Assembly: GCA_003427395.1 (NCBI GenBank)
Contig: BFEA01000009.1
Location: 4,039,660-4,103,659 of the forward strand
DNA: 64,000 nt
Origin: Chara braunii
Lineage: Eukaryota; Plantae; Charophyceae
Reading direction: 5' to 3'
In this document: positions 39,609 through 50,267 of the stretch, piece after piece
How the letters are laid out: each line of letters opens with the position of its first letter
How positions within the stretch are numbered: the stretch's first letter is position 1
Made by a program: the position numbers and the translations under genes
The notes under the pieces: generated by a model
Databases searched by the model: none
The model's input: the letters and a program-made list of their open reading frames with translations, nothing else
What the model was told of the DNA's origin: nothing

Positions 39609-40180
39609 AGTTCTGTAAAGTGTGGCGAAGGTTCCACCTCTGTTCCGGAATCCGGCTCAGTCTGGCGTGGGAACGAGGCTGATTTTCTCGACTTTCATAA
39701 AAAGTGGTAAAGGTTCAATCTCGGTCTCTGGGGTCGGTGCAGTCGGACTTGTGGGAACAGACAAGGTTTTTTTGAGTTCCGTAAAAGAGGCGCATATCCA
39801 GTCTATGTCCCTGGATTCTATACAGTCAGATTCGTGAAAAAGAAACTGTGTTTTTTTTCTTTTCTTGAGTTCTGAATAGCATGGATTTCGAGTTCTGTAA
39901 AGTGTGGCAAGGGTTCGACCTCTATTCCGGAAACCGGCACAGTCAGGCTCGTAGGAACGAGACCGATTTTCTTCTCGAACTTCATAAAAATGTGGTAAAG
40001 GTTCAATCCCTGTCTCTGCAATCGGGCGGTCTGACTTGTGGGAGCAAGCTGGTTTTTTTTCAGTCACCATCCCTGGATTCCGCACAGTCAGGTTTGTGGG
40101 CAGAAAAGTGTGGTAAACGTTCAGTCTCCGAGCGAGACTGATTTCAACCAATTATGTAGAGTGGGGTAGGGTTCCTGCAG
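39609..40180 (+). repeat. Degenerate ~80-bp repeat with ~281-bp higher-order duplication inside LTR (also 58149-58720)
   Basis: gagttctgtaaagtgtggc.a.ggtt at 39609 and 39890; recurring cagtc.g.ct.gtggg motif. Confidence 0.7.
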
Positions 40181-40381
40181 AAAAGCGTCCAGCCTCTTTT
40201 TTTTTGAGGTCGATACGTGGGGGCAAAGAGGGTCCTCTCAAGTCCCTTGGGGCAAGGTGGGTGCCCCACATAGGACCTTACGCCCGGGCTCTGTTCTTGA
40301 AGTCTGCGCAGCAGCAACAAGGGGGGGGAGCGCTTCAGTCTCCGGGGCGCCGGGTTAGACCGGAGGAAACGGCCGACAAAG

Positions 40382-40399
40382 TGGCGCCGTTGCAGGGGA
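40382..40399 (+). promoter_or_regulatory. Primer-binding site, tRNA-Asp type
   Basis: TGGCGCCGTTGCAGGGGA, one mismatch to TGGCGCCGTTGCCGGGGA, 3 nt after LTR end. Confidence 0.9.
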
Positions 40400-41964
40400 T
40401 GAGCATTCTCCCGCGGCCTCGACTGGCTCAAGGACCACGGTGTGAGAGAGGACGAGCGTGACAGGTGGTGGAGGGTACACCTTTTTTTCGGCAATCGTTT
40501 CTTCGGCAGTTTGGTTCTCGGCATCGACTTTTCCAAACGGCATTTCGGCATCGACCTTTTTCTAATGGCGTTTTCGGCCTCGAAGATCCTCGACACTTTT
40601 TCGGTTGGGGAATTGTTTTCCGTGCGGGAGGGGTTGCTGGGTTGTCTGGGAGCGAGGGACTTGGGGGGATCGGAATCTCTTGATTTTGCAGGTCCGCACC
40701 GGCCCTGCTTGCGAGGTCAGGCTCTTGCTGGGAGGTGTGATATTTTTTGTGTGTTATTTTTTAAATCCGCGAATTAAGAGGGTGAAACAGTTTGCTTGTG
40801 GGGTTTGAATAGGGGTAAAAAACAATCAAAGAGGGGGAAGAAGAGTCGTACGGGAAAATTGTGTGAGTGGGTCCGCACGTGGGGAAGAGAGAGTGGACAC
40901 TCGGGGGAGAGAGGAAAGGGGGGTTCAAGAGGGGCCAGGGACGCCGTCGGGGTTGGTCCAAAGGGAGAGGGGTTTGCCGAATATCCTCGACCCACACGGG
41001 TTGTGGACGTCACCCGCACGGGATGAACTCCAGCGAGGGAACGGGCTTCACCAGAGGGGGCTGGGTTTTCTGTTCTCGACCCACGCGGATTAAGGGAACG
41101 GAGTTCTCAAGCTGGAAGTGTTCGGGACTTGGGGGTAAGAAGGGTAGTGCTTCGAGTTCCGGGACAAAGGGTCGAGGGAACTTCAACCGTCGTTGAGAAC
41201 GAAAGGGGTGGGGGGCTAATTCGGGAAGAAGAGAAGAGAGGTGCGTGGGGCACCTTGGACGAGGAATCGGAGGCCGAGTCCTGGGTGGACCGGTGTCTAG
41301 CCGATTTCTCGGACTCGGATCTCGGGGGCTACTGGGACTACGAGAACGAATTCTGAAAAGGTCGAAGGCTACAAGGTACGTATTTAAAGTGGCCAAGCCT
41401 GAGAGACTTTCTTGCTAAAATTCTAATTCCCCACCGTTTTTTGGAGACCCCGATTAAATTATCCGATTCCGAGAGAGAAAAGAGTCAGACGATGGCGAAT
41501 AGGAAGAAGGGAACGAAGTGAGAAGAGTTCACGATACAAGGAGGAGAACGGGAGGGACTAGACAGACTAGTAATCATTGATTAATAGGCAGATAAAGTCT
41601 CGGGACCCGGGTAATTTCACGCTCGAGGTGGGCCGAGTAAGGGCGTGGTGCCAGATAGGCTAACTTAGGACTACGGGTCGGTTCGGTGGGGGACATAGGG
41701 CACGGGTATGTGACTACGGTCCGACTCCGGAGAGGGGGTTGCCACCCCTCTTCGGGGATAACCTTTGCTCGCGGCTAGTTTCTATACCTGGAAGTGGGAG
41801 GACCTCTCAACGGGGGAGGACAAAAAGGTAGCCGAGTGAGACGACGCTCCTTCTCTGGTCCATCTGATCCTGCTGAGCTCACAGGCACCTCCTCCTTGTA
41901 GGGTAGGAGTGGTCTCTCGAGTGACCAAAAGTAAGGCAAAAAGGGTCTTCTTTGATTAGAATGT

Positions 41965-42315
41965 ATGAGCTTAGAGGCGGTCCCGGAAGGGATTAGTGTG
42001 AGCAGTTACGGTGGAGTCGACGTGTGGTGCCACACCTTTCGTCTGTGGACGGGAGATTTCAACGTTGCCATTTATGTAGAGGAAGGGCAAGGTCAGCGGG
42101 AAAATTTCCTCCGTAGTTGGGAAGAGGCGGTGGGTCACTCTCGCGTGGAAAGATAGGAGTTGAGGGGATACGGTTTTAGATACTTCTACACTTTAGGATA
42201 CCGAACCTACCCTAAGGGTGGTCGACCTGCGCCGGTGATTCCGGACGCCTACCTTGACGGGTCGGACGAGTGGAGAGCACTGGTCGCGATCATAGAGGGG
42301 ATAGTGGGGGAGTAG
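41965..42315 (+). pseudogene. Accessory ORF D1 (~116 aa, one in-frame stop)
   Basis: Reads through TAG at 42154: ...LWTGDFNVAIYVEEG...SWEEAVGH...YGFRYFYTLGYRTYPKGGRPAPVIPDAYLDGS; paralog of D2. Confidence 0.8.
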
Positions 42316-42322
42316 GGAGCCT

Positions 42323-42719
42323 ATGAGCCTAAGAGTTTTGGAGGTTGAGCCAGCTGGCATTAGTGTGGGTAGTTGTGGCCCTTCTGGGGATGTAAACGTT
42401 TAGTGTTACAACTTTTATTTTGTGGACTGGAGATTTTGACATAGCACTCTATGTAGAAGAAGGGACGGATCGAGGGGAGGACTTCCTGGATAGCTGGGAA
42501 GAGGCGGTTGGCCATGCTCGGCTAAAGAGGGTACTTTTAGGAACTTACGGGATTAGGCATTTTTACACACTAGGGTGTCGAACCTTCCGACGAGGAAAGC
42601 GACCCGCCCCAACTATACCGGAGGCCTATCTCAACGGGTCGGGCGGTTGGAAGGTGTTAGTAGGGATCATCGGGGGGGTGGTCCATGGTCAGGATTCTAG
42701 AGGCGACTGGCGACGGTAA
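42323..42719 (+). pseudogene. Accessory ORF D2, tandem paralog of D1 (stop at 42401, frameshift ~42418)
   Basis: MSL...GISV...WTGDFDIALYVEEG...SWEEAVGH...YGIRHFYTLGCRTF...RPAPTIPEAYLNGS. Confidence 0.8.
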
Positions 42720-43427
42720 GATCCAAATCGAAAAGGCCGACCTCGACAAGGAGAGACAGTGTTTCAGCGTCCCTTTAGACCATCGTATGGAGGGATATTT
42801 AGCCGGGCGCGAGAGAGGCCTGAAACTCGAAAAGGGAGTTTTTCTCTGGGCGCGCTTTACTGTAGGTATTTGGGAAGGAGATCAGTGGACCAGGACTAGA
42901 CCTAGGAACGGGGTGAAGGCCCGACGAGCGACGCTTCGTGCGGAAGGCACGATCTACTTGAGTCGGGAGGCCTAGGTAGAGTACGTCACCCACTAGGCGT
43001 TAGGGCGGTATCGGGCGGACCATCAGGAGGTACGCGTGGGGCCTATTCTTAAACAGTTCTTCGAGGAGGTACCCCTTCGACACAACCTGTTGTTCCGCTT
43101 GCGAGTGACTTGTGCTCGGAACGAGGAATACCCTCGTGCTACGGGTTGCGTCCAAGCCATATTTTCATCTTACGTCTTCAGGAGAGTGTGTGGAGAGGGA
43201 GCGCGTACGAGAAGGTCGTGAAGTCTATAAGGCGAGAGAAAAGAAGAGGGTTGTCCTTTCATTCTCTTCATTGGTACTTCTCTTATTGTGTGGATAACCC
43301 GGTGCCGTACGGGGTTAGAGATGACCGGATCCGAGAACGGGTCTCTTTGGAATCGGAGCAAGAGCGTGAAGGCGGGAGAGACTACCATTACCAAAGGGTT
43401 TTTGAAGTTCGGCAAAAGGTGTTTTAG
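42685..43427 (+). pseudogene. Accessory ORF D3 (main family), disrupted
   Basis: MVR start; VFLWA...RATLRAEGTIYLSREA*; EYPRA; KVVKSI...LHWYFSYCVDNP. Confidence 0.75.
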
Positions 43428-43432
43428 CATGA

Positions 43433-44122
43433 ATGGTTCTTTTTGACAAGGACCTTGGTAAGTTTGTCGGGTCCCCTTTAGATGAGCGAGGGGTTCGTAG
43501 CTTGGTTCCAAGCAACGGGGAAGTCCCCGATTGGAGGAGGTTGCAAGGTGGAAAAATCACGGTCGGCGGGAATTTCGTGTGGATAGAGTCGGGAGAAATA
43601 AGGGTTAGAGCGACTAGGGTGCATCTCAAAGTCACTGCGATAATCTTTGTCGAGCCGGGCGATTGGTTCAAGGTCGTAGTACCCCTGGTCTTAGGCCAAG
43701 GGGGTGGGCTGGATCTATTGCTCCAAGAAGTAAGAGAAGTAAGGAGAAGGTGGATAGTGAGGACCCGGAGAGAGTTTAGCTTTGTGGCAATAAAATTAGA
43801 GCAGTTCGCCCGGACAAGCGAGCTTCCGAGGGCGAGTTATCCGTTAACCTCAAGGGCCCCGAGCTTTGTATTCTTGAGATCAAACGAGGATAGGGTAGTA
43901 AAGCTCTTGGAGAGAGGAAGAAGTTTAGGCCTACCCTTTAGGGCCCTGTGGATACTTTACACTCACTGTGTCGACCAGGGAATCCCTCCGCGAGGGAAAC
44001 TCTGGGGTATTTTCAGGAGGCTTGGGTCTCTCGAAAAGTATGTTGCCCTCTCGCCTGGGAAGTACCGCGAGTGGGTCTTCAAAACAACCACGGTAGATGG
44101 TAAGGTTTACGCTCAGCAATAG
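43433..44122 (+). CDS. Accessory ORF D4, intact 229 aa (main family)
   Basis: NFVWI...KVTAIIFVEPGDW...LVLG...LPRA...APSFVF...RVVKLL...LWILYTHCVDQGIPP. Confidence 0.8.
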   Translation: MVLFDKDLGKFVGSPLDERGVRSLVPSNGEVPDWRRLQGGKITVGGNFVWIESGEIRVRATRVHLKVTAIIFVEPGDWFKVVVPLVLGQGGGLDLLLQEVREVRRRWIVRTRREFSFVAIKLEQFARTSELPRASYPLTSRAPSFVFLRSNEDRVVKLLERGRSLGLPFRALWILYTHCVDQGIPPRGKLWGIFRRLGSLEKYVALSPGKYREWVFKTTTVDGKVYAQQ

Positions 44123-44799
44123 CGGAGTGGTAGAAACGATAGAGGTCGGTGAAGGAAGTCAGGTCTTGATTCCTAGGGACCCTCGTGTAACTCTCTACTG
44201 GATGAGTGTTGAGAATTGAGAAGGGAGAAAACATCGGAGAAGGTGCTTACATGTGGGTCAGGGCTCATCGACTCACCTGGAAGGAAGGGGTGCGAAGGGG
44301 AGGTCCGCTTCACCTGGGTCGGTTTCTCGAGGTCCAGGCTACGGTTTTCCTGGACGAGGACTCGTGGACCGAAGTTTGGAGGGGCTTAGTGACCGGCCTA
44401 GAGACTCATACGGAGTACCGCAAGTCCGCGAGGAAGGCAGCGAACGATATAGTACTAGGCAGTTACGAGGAAGGGACTTCGGTCCCTCGAGCTTCCAAGG
44501 TGCTTCACGCAGCCTTGCCCGAGTTCCTGGGGCAGTCACTCCTGCGGGACCCGAAAGGGAGAGTGGTAGAGGAACTCCGAGCCGCTCAACAATCCAGGGT
44601 GCGGACGCAAGGGCTATTTTGGCTCTACACTCGGTGTGTTGACGCTGGGGCTCCCCCTGGGGGAGAGCTAGCTCCTATACTCGAAAGGTTAAGGGAGTTT
44701 GAGGGGGTGAGAGCTCACGTTGTTGATGTCCCGTACGCCCGCCTCTTTGGGGAAGAGCAAGTGACTAACCGAAAGGGGTACGAGGCTCGGACGGGGTGA
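44097..44799 (+). pseudogene. Accessory ORF D5 (main family), frameshift near 44210
   Basis: ATG 44097 (MVRFTLS...) joins ORF 44206-44799: AYMWV...EVQATVFLDEDSW...VPRA...LPEFL...RVVEEL...LFWLYTRCVDAGAPP. Confidence 0.78.
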
Positions 44800-45549
44800 T
44801 GATAAGGGGAATTTCGGGAACTCGTTGGGCCTCGATAGAGCCTATAGAAGAGGCGGGGGAGATTGTCCACATCATGTTACCGAAAACGAGCTTGGAGGGC
44901 CCGACGCGAACCATTCAAAGAGAAGTGGCTGAAATTCGCCGAGGGAAGGCATTCGTTCGGTTGTCAGTGAATAGCGAGAAGGGGTTAGTGATCGGGGAAG
45001 CCAAGATATTCCTTTCGAAGGAAGGTCCCCTAGAGGTAGTCCGAAATTTGAAGTTGGGAGAACACCCTCTCTTAGACGTGCGAGTTGTACGACAGATTAG
45101 AGAGACTAGTGGAGGAGGTGAGGCCTCGAGAAAGGTACCGAAAGGTATATCAAGTGACATACGCAGGTTGGGAAGAGGTACCGCTATTTGTCGCCAGTAA
45201 CCCCGTAGGAGTCCCTCGTTTCATCCTCGAGCGGGTCTACCCCTCCGAAGCGGTCAAGAGGGCGGTAGAGTGTAGGATCTCGATCTTGAACCAATTTCGG
45301 TTCACTAGATCGGACCTGCACGCCCTACTATCGTGGTGCCTCCGAAACCCATACCAGGACAATTGGTCGTCACTAGACGACATGGGCTACGCCTTCGAAG
45401 GTTGGGGCCAACACGCGAGGGCGTCGACCATTTCGTGGAGGTACTTGGGGGAGATCTGTGAGGCAGGGTTAGAAGGATTGGACCCCTCGGATCTCATTCG
45501 GATCGTGATTGCGTGCCGACGAAGGAACTTGAGGCATGAGCACGCCTGA
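44799..45549 (+). pseudogene. Accessory ORF D6 (main family), one frameshift
   Basis: MIR start overlapping D5 stop (TGATG); VRLSVNSEKG...AKIFLSKEG...LGEHPL; VPRFILERVYP...LHALLSWCLRNP. Confidence 0.75.
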
Positions 45550-45730
45550 CACCGGAGAGCTAGTGGGACTAGAGAGGGTGAGGGCAGAAGTGTATAGAAT
45601 CCTGACCCTTTGTTGGGAAGAGGAGAGAAGAGCAAGGTCAGGGTCCTTGCGCAAGATCAAATTACTTGAGACAACCACGATTAAGATCTTCGACGAATTA
45701 AAGGAGGAGCTGCTATCGGGAGGAAGATAG
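45536..45730 (+). CDS. Accessory ORF D7, 64 aa, helical/charged
   Basis: ATG overlaps D6 end; stop 2 nt before D8 ATG; no motif. Confidence 0.55.
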   Translation: MSTPDTGELVGLERVRAEVYRILTLCWEEERRARSGSLRKIKLLETTTIKIFDELKEELLSGGR

Positions 45731-45732
45731 GC

Positions 45733-46083
45733 ATGAGAGCTACCTACACCTCTAATTCGATAACCTGGGAATTAGAGACGCGTGACAACGGCCCCGAGGT
45801 CGCGGTAGAAGGGGGAGGGGAACTTAGCCCAGGTCTCGGAGAGGACCAAGAGGCTCGAGCCAAGAAGGAATTCCTCGTCGAAGTCCGACGATTAGCTTTG
45901 TGGAAGAGGAGATCCTGTAGCACTTTTGCAAAGTTTTCGGTTTTTGTTAGTAAGGCGGGGGAAGTGCGATTCTCTAGGACTCGGAGGGAACCCTTGCTTG
46001 AGGTCAAGAGAAAGTTTGAGGAGGGCTCTAGGTGGCTCAGGACTCCCTTCGAATTTTTGCACCTAGTTGAGGCCCGTTTCTAG
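45733..46083 (+). CDS. Accessory ORF D8, 116 aa, unknown
   Basis: ATG 2 nt after D7 stop; FSVFVSKAG weakly recalls the family motif. Confidence 0.55.
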   Translation: MRATYTSNSITWELETRDNGPEVAVEGGGELSPGLGEDQEARAKKEFLVEVRRLALWKRRSCSTFAKFSVFVSKAGEVRFSRTRREPLLEVKRKFEEGSRWLRTPFEFLHLVEARF

Positions 46084-46214
46084 GATAGGACGGGACAATA
46101 CGAGAGAGTTTTGCAGAAGACGATACTCGACCAAGGCGAGAGAGGGCGAGGGAGGTGTGAGGACTCGTTAGCGGAGGCGGCCGAGAGATTAGCCCGGGTA
46201 AGGTAGGCCTGTCA

Positions 46215-46817
46215 ATGATTAGATACGACAGGGGGAGCCTTGTCGGGACCTTGAAAAGGGCTTGGAAGTCGGGGGCTATATATGGAGTAACCCTCCCCAA
46301 GATCAGGGAGGAAGGGGAAGCTATTACGAAGTTCTTCGAGATCTACGGGCAGAAAATGATAGTTCGTTTTTCGATAGTTTCCGAGGGAGGTACCCGCACG
46401 CGAAGGGCTGGAATCTTCATGTCTCACAACGATAGGCAGTTCTTTGTGACCGAGTTAGCAGAAGGAAAGGACCCTCTAGGTATCGCTCGAAAAGCCCTAG
46501 ACCGGCTTAGAGGGTTGAGAGGGGGGGCCGCCGAAGGACGCGTGGTAGATAGGATTGAGTACCGAGGGAGGCTAGAGATCCTGCATGCGGCTCACGGCCG
46601 GACTTGGGAAATCCCTGCTTGGGCCTACCGACTGCTCTACCCCGACGACGCGGATGTGAGGAAGGTCCTAAATAGAGGGCAAATAATTGAAAAATTTCCC
46701 CAAGGAGAGGAGAAGGAACACGAGTTATTCACCCAGTGTTGGGAGCCGCGGGAGCATACGTACTTCGAGTGGTGGGCATTAGTAGGGAAGTTCATTAAGC
46801 CTCTATTTAGAGGGTAA
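46215..46817 (+). CDS. Accessory ORF D9, intact 200 aa, closest to D6
   Basis: MIR start; VTLPK; VRFSIVSEGG...AGIFMS...EGKDPL; IPAWAYRLLYP...HELFTQCWEP. Confidence 0.78.
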   Translation: MIRYDRGSLVGTLKRAWKSGAIYGVTLPKIREEGEAITKFFEIYGQKMIVRFSIVSEGGTRTRRAGIFMSHNDRQFFVTELAEGKDPLGIARKALDRLRGLRGGAAEGRVVDRIEYRGRLEILHAAHGRTWEIPAWAYRLLYPDDADVRKVLNRGQIIEKFPQGEEKEHELFTQCWEPREHTYFEWWALVGKFIKPLFRG

Positions 46818-46826
46818 GCCGGAGAG

Positions 46827-47069
46827 GTGGATAGAGCTCTGATTAAAAGGTGTTCTCAAGAGGGAATTAAGGGCATTTTCGATCTAGAGATTGTCAACCT
46901 AGCGTTAGCAGCTTGCGAAGAGAAACGAATACGCGACTTTTGGTGGACCGTGACTAGCGAAGAATCTGAGGGTGATAGTGAGGAACATGAATCAAGTGAA
47001 GGGGAGGGAAACTCGGAAGAAGGTAACGAAGCGGAAGGACATGGTGACACTAGCGAGGAAAGCGACTAG
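46827..47069 (+). CDS. Accessory ORF D10, 80 aa with acidic tail (may be a broken gag N-terminus)
   Basis: GTG start 9 nt after D9 stop; E/S/G-rich C-terminus. Confidence 0.4.
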   Translation: MDRALIKRCSQEGIKGIFDLEIVNLALAACEEKRIRDFWWTVTSEESEGDSEEHESSEGEGNSEEGNEAEGHGDTSEESD

Positions 47070-47072
47070 AGA

Positions 47073-48850
47073 TTGGTGATAGGGTGCATGGAAAGCGAGG
47101 TGGGACTCGCCCGATCACCTAAGACCACTGGCATGGGGCGAGCCGAGGAAGATACCGAGTTAGGGGCGAGATTAAGCAAGTCAGCCGAAGGATTGACCGC
47201 GGGGATGGAAGCTATCAGTAGGACCTTAAGGAGCACGGAGGCACCCCTCGGAGAAAGAACACTGAAACAACGAACGAGTTTCGAGGAGCGTTTGCACCGG
47301 GAAGTGGAGCCACGAATACTAGTAAGAGAAAGGACGGCAGAAGCCACGAAGGGCTTCCCGGTCGAAACCCGATGGGTGGGTCAAGTGGGCGCGGAAGAGA
47401 GAGTCGGTGAGGGGCAAGAGTTCCAGCGTGATAGGGCTGGGTGTTGGGCACCGAGGAGGGGTGAAGAAGGGAGCATAAGGAGGAGGGAACTAGGAAACGA
47501 ACGACCGACAGAAATTGGGGAAGGACCACGAAGATGGGTCGGGAGAGATATCAGTTCCGCATGGATACAGGAGGAAGCGGTAGGAAGGAATATGGGAGGA
47601 TTCGGAGACGTCTAGAGGGGGGTTAGGGGCCAAGAACGCGTGTGTTGGGAACGTGAAGACCCGGGTGATAGAGGCCGCCGTGAGGAGGAACCATGGGGAC
47701 CTCCGACGGCTCGACCGCGGATGGAGGATCTGGACCCCGCTTGGTACAAACCCTACGACCCAGTGATAGATAGGTCGCCTGAAGGTGCCTACTTCCGTCG
47801 GTGTGATGACCGGCGAGTCCCCTACTACGATGTGAGCCTAGGACTAGAATCGCTCTACTTCAATGGAAGGGACAGGGCCGGGTTCGTGGTAAAATGGGAG
47901 AGTTACGCCCACCATAAGAAATTTTCGGAGAAAGAATGGATCGACCATTTTATACAACATTCGGACCCTAAACTGGACCAGGCCATTAGGGCAATATACC
48001 CGACAGATGGGAGGTGGAAAACCTTCAACAGCAGCTTATTGCGGACCTTCGCCTACAACGATTTGATCCCTACGATAGAAGGGTTGCGCTGGGTCTCGAG
48101 AGGGGAACAGAAAAGCATGGTAGCATTCACTCGAAGATTCAAACGCTTGTCGCAAGCTTTGGTAAATAGAGGGATGCTCTCGAAAGTAGACAGGTGTGTA
48201 ATGTTCATGTTGCACCTACCCGAAGAAAAGAGGAGGGAGGTTCTCGAGAGGGCCCCTAGGGACTCGGCGAATTTCGAAAGAGTCGCCGAGGTAGTCTTTA
48301 CGGGAAGGGGAGTGGACGTGCGAGAGTACATGAAGGAAAGTCTGGACATGGCACTCCGAAGTATGCGTACTCAAAGAAACGATGGTCCTCGCGGGAACGA
48401 AAGGCAGCCTCCTGAGCCTCCCGGCCAACGCTGGGGAGGAGGACCCACAGGTTGGCGGAACACGTCCGGTAACCAAGGGAACTGGAGAACGGCCGAGAAG
48501 ATGAAGGGAATCGGGTCTCAGAATGGGGGAATTCCCATTGGAAGGATGCGAGGGATGGAAGATGGGGAGACCCTCCCCAGCCTAGGGCCATGGGGACTCG
48601 CCCCGAGGTAAGCCAGGCTAGATCGCACCCACCCGGTCCTTCGGCGACCNTGGGGACGACATAACAATCCGCCACCTCGAAGCNGGTGTGTTTATTGCAA
48701 TGAAGATGGTCACNTCAAGCGGGAGTGCCCTNACCTCACGGAAGCCCTAAGGTTAGGAGTGGTGAAGTTGAATGAAAATAAGTGAGTCGTGTGGGGAGAT
48801 GATGGAGAGGCAGTCTCCTTCTACCCCTCGATGAAGATAAACGTGGACAA
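47073..48850 (+). pseudogene. gag: gag with zinc knuckle
   Basis: LYFNGRDRAGFVVKWESYA, FTRRFKRLS; CVYCNEDGHxKREC at 48687-48728. Confidence 0.88.
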
Positions 48851-49402
48851 GAGGATTGCTCTACAAGAGGCAAGGCTAGGGAAGAAGCCTAAGGTAGGCG
48901 GNACCTCTANCTCCTCCCGCGTCCAAATGACGGAGGCGCCGGGAGGCGTGTCCATAAGGGAGCCGCAGGTGTCTAACATNAANTTCGTTGAGACGAAGCC
49001 TGAAGAAGAGGGACCGTGCCTGAGAGTGAGAACTCAAATTGGGNTCGGGCCGTCTGAGAGCAAGGGAAGCTCGATAGTGGACNGAGGGAAGAGGAGTAGC
49101 GACGACGACCAACCAATGGTCGACGCTAAAACCACGGAGGAAAGGAAGGGGGAAGAACCTTTGTCACCGAAATCGCCTAGGAAGAAAGGGCCGAAGAAGT
49201 TCGAAATGAAGTGTACCTTGGACGAGATAGACACGGTTGCGCCGCTACGGAGGACTCTAATGCAGCCAATGCAATGCACTCTTTTGGAGTATTTGGCGGC
49301 CAGCAAGAGCGCTAGAGACGAGCTCTTGAGCATCACCAGGAAGGTGAGGATTCCGCTCGTGGAAGGACCGCCCGTTCCTGGGGATGNACCGCCAAGGAGG
49401 AG

Positions 49403-50100
49403 GTGCAGTCCTCTCGGATTACGATGGAGGAGCTGCCAACCAATTTCTTCTCGGAGGAAGAGGCTAGGAAATTCTATGTATTAGGGAGCGGCCAGCTCCA
49501 AGCCATGGTGAGTGGGAAGAAGATGNGAGCCCTAGTGGATAATGGGTCCGAGTCGACCGTGTGTCGGGACTCTATAGCNAGGGAACTGGGGCTAGAAGTG
49601 GATAGGGGAGTGGCCATGTCGATGGTAGTGGCGGACAACAAGCTCCAACCGGCAGAGGGGGTATGTCACAGCCCCTTNATTGAGGTCNNAGGAGTGGAAG
49701 CTACTGTCTCAATTTTCNGGTGAAAGAATGTTTTTCCNAGTTGATCCTCGGACGAACTTGGCTGAGCGCAGTCCACTCTACTAGGGTCGATCTTCCGGAC
49801 GGAAGCCAGACCCTCTCGATCCGAAGTCCGGATGGAATTCGAGTGGTCCTAAGGACAGTGGATGCTAAAGATGAGCAGAACCGCGCCAGTGTCCCAAGGA
49901 GGAGAGCAGTTCAGTCTCGAGTATATCAGGTCCGACTAGAAGAGTCCCCCTTCGCCGAGAAGGAACCCCCGGGGAGTCGGGTAGAAGTCGAGGAGATTGG
50001 AGACCAGATAATCATCGATGGGGTTGGATATGAAAAGGAGGATGAAGAAGAGGAATTCGGTGGGTGCCTAAGGCTGTATTTTTGGGTGGAATCCCTCTAG
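49403..50100 (+). pseudogene. Aspartic protease
   Basis: ALVDNGSESTV; LILGRTWL; scattered N bases. Confidence 0.85.
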
Positions 50101-50267
50101 CCGGCAGAGGTAAGAAGCATAAAATCGTAGCGGAGAAAGTGAAACCCGCTGCGGTCAGCCGGGATAGAACGGGGGAAGCCTCGATATCGGAGGAGGAGAT
50201 AGTCGATATCATCTGAAAGCGGAAGAAGACCAAAGGGCAGCGAATTACGACCGATAGGCTAGCTAAA

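Larger units (their letters stand above)
36966..40378 (+). repeat. 5' LTR of element D (3413 bp)
   Basis: Colinear with 53756-54111 plus 55891-58901. Confidence 0.95.

Noticed and set aside
37203-40260. ORFs repeated in both LTRs (for example 37661-38295 and 56215-56925)
   Set aside because: Low-complexity products of purine-skewed LTR DNA; frames broken by indels between the two LTRs.
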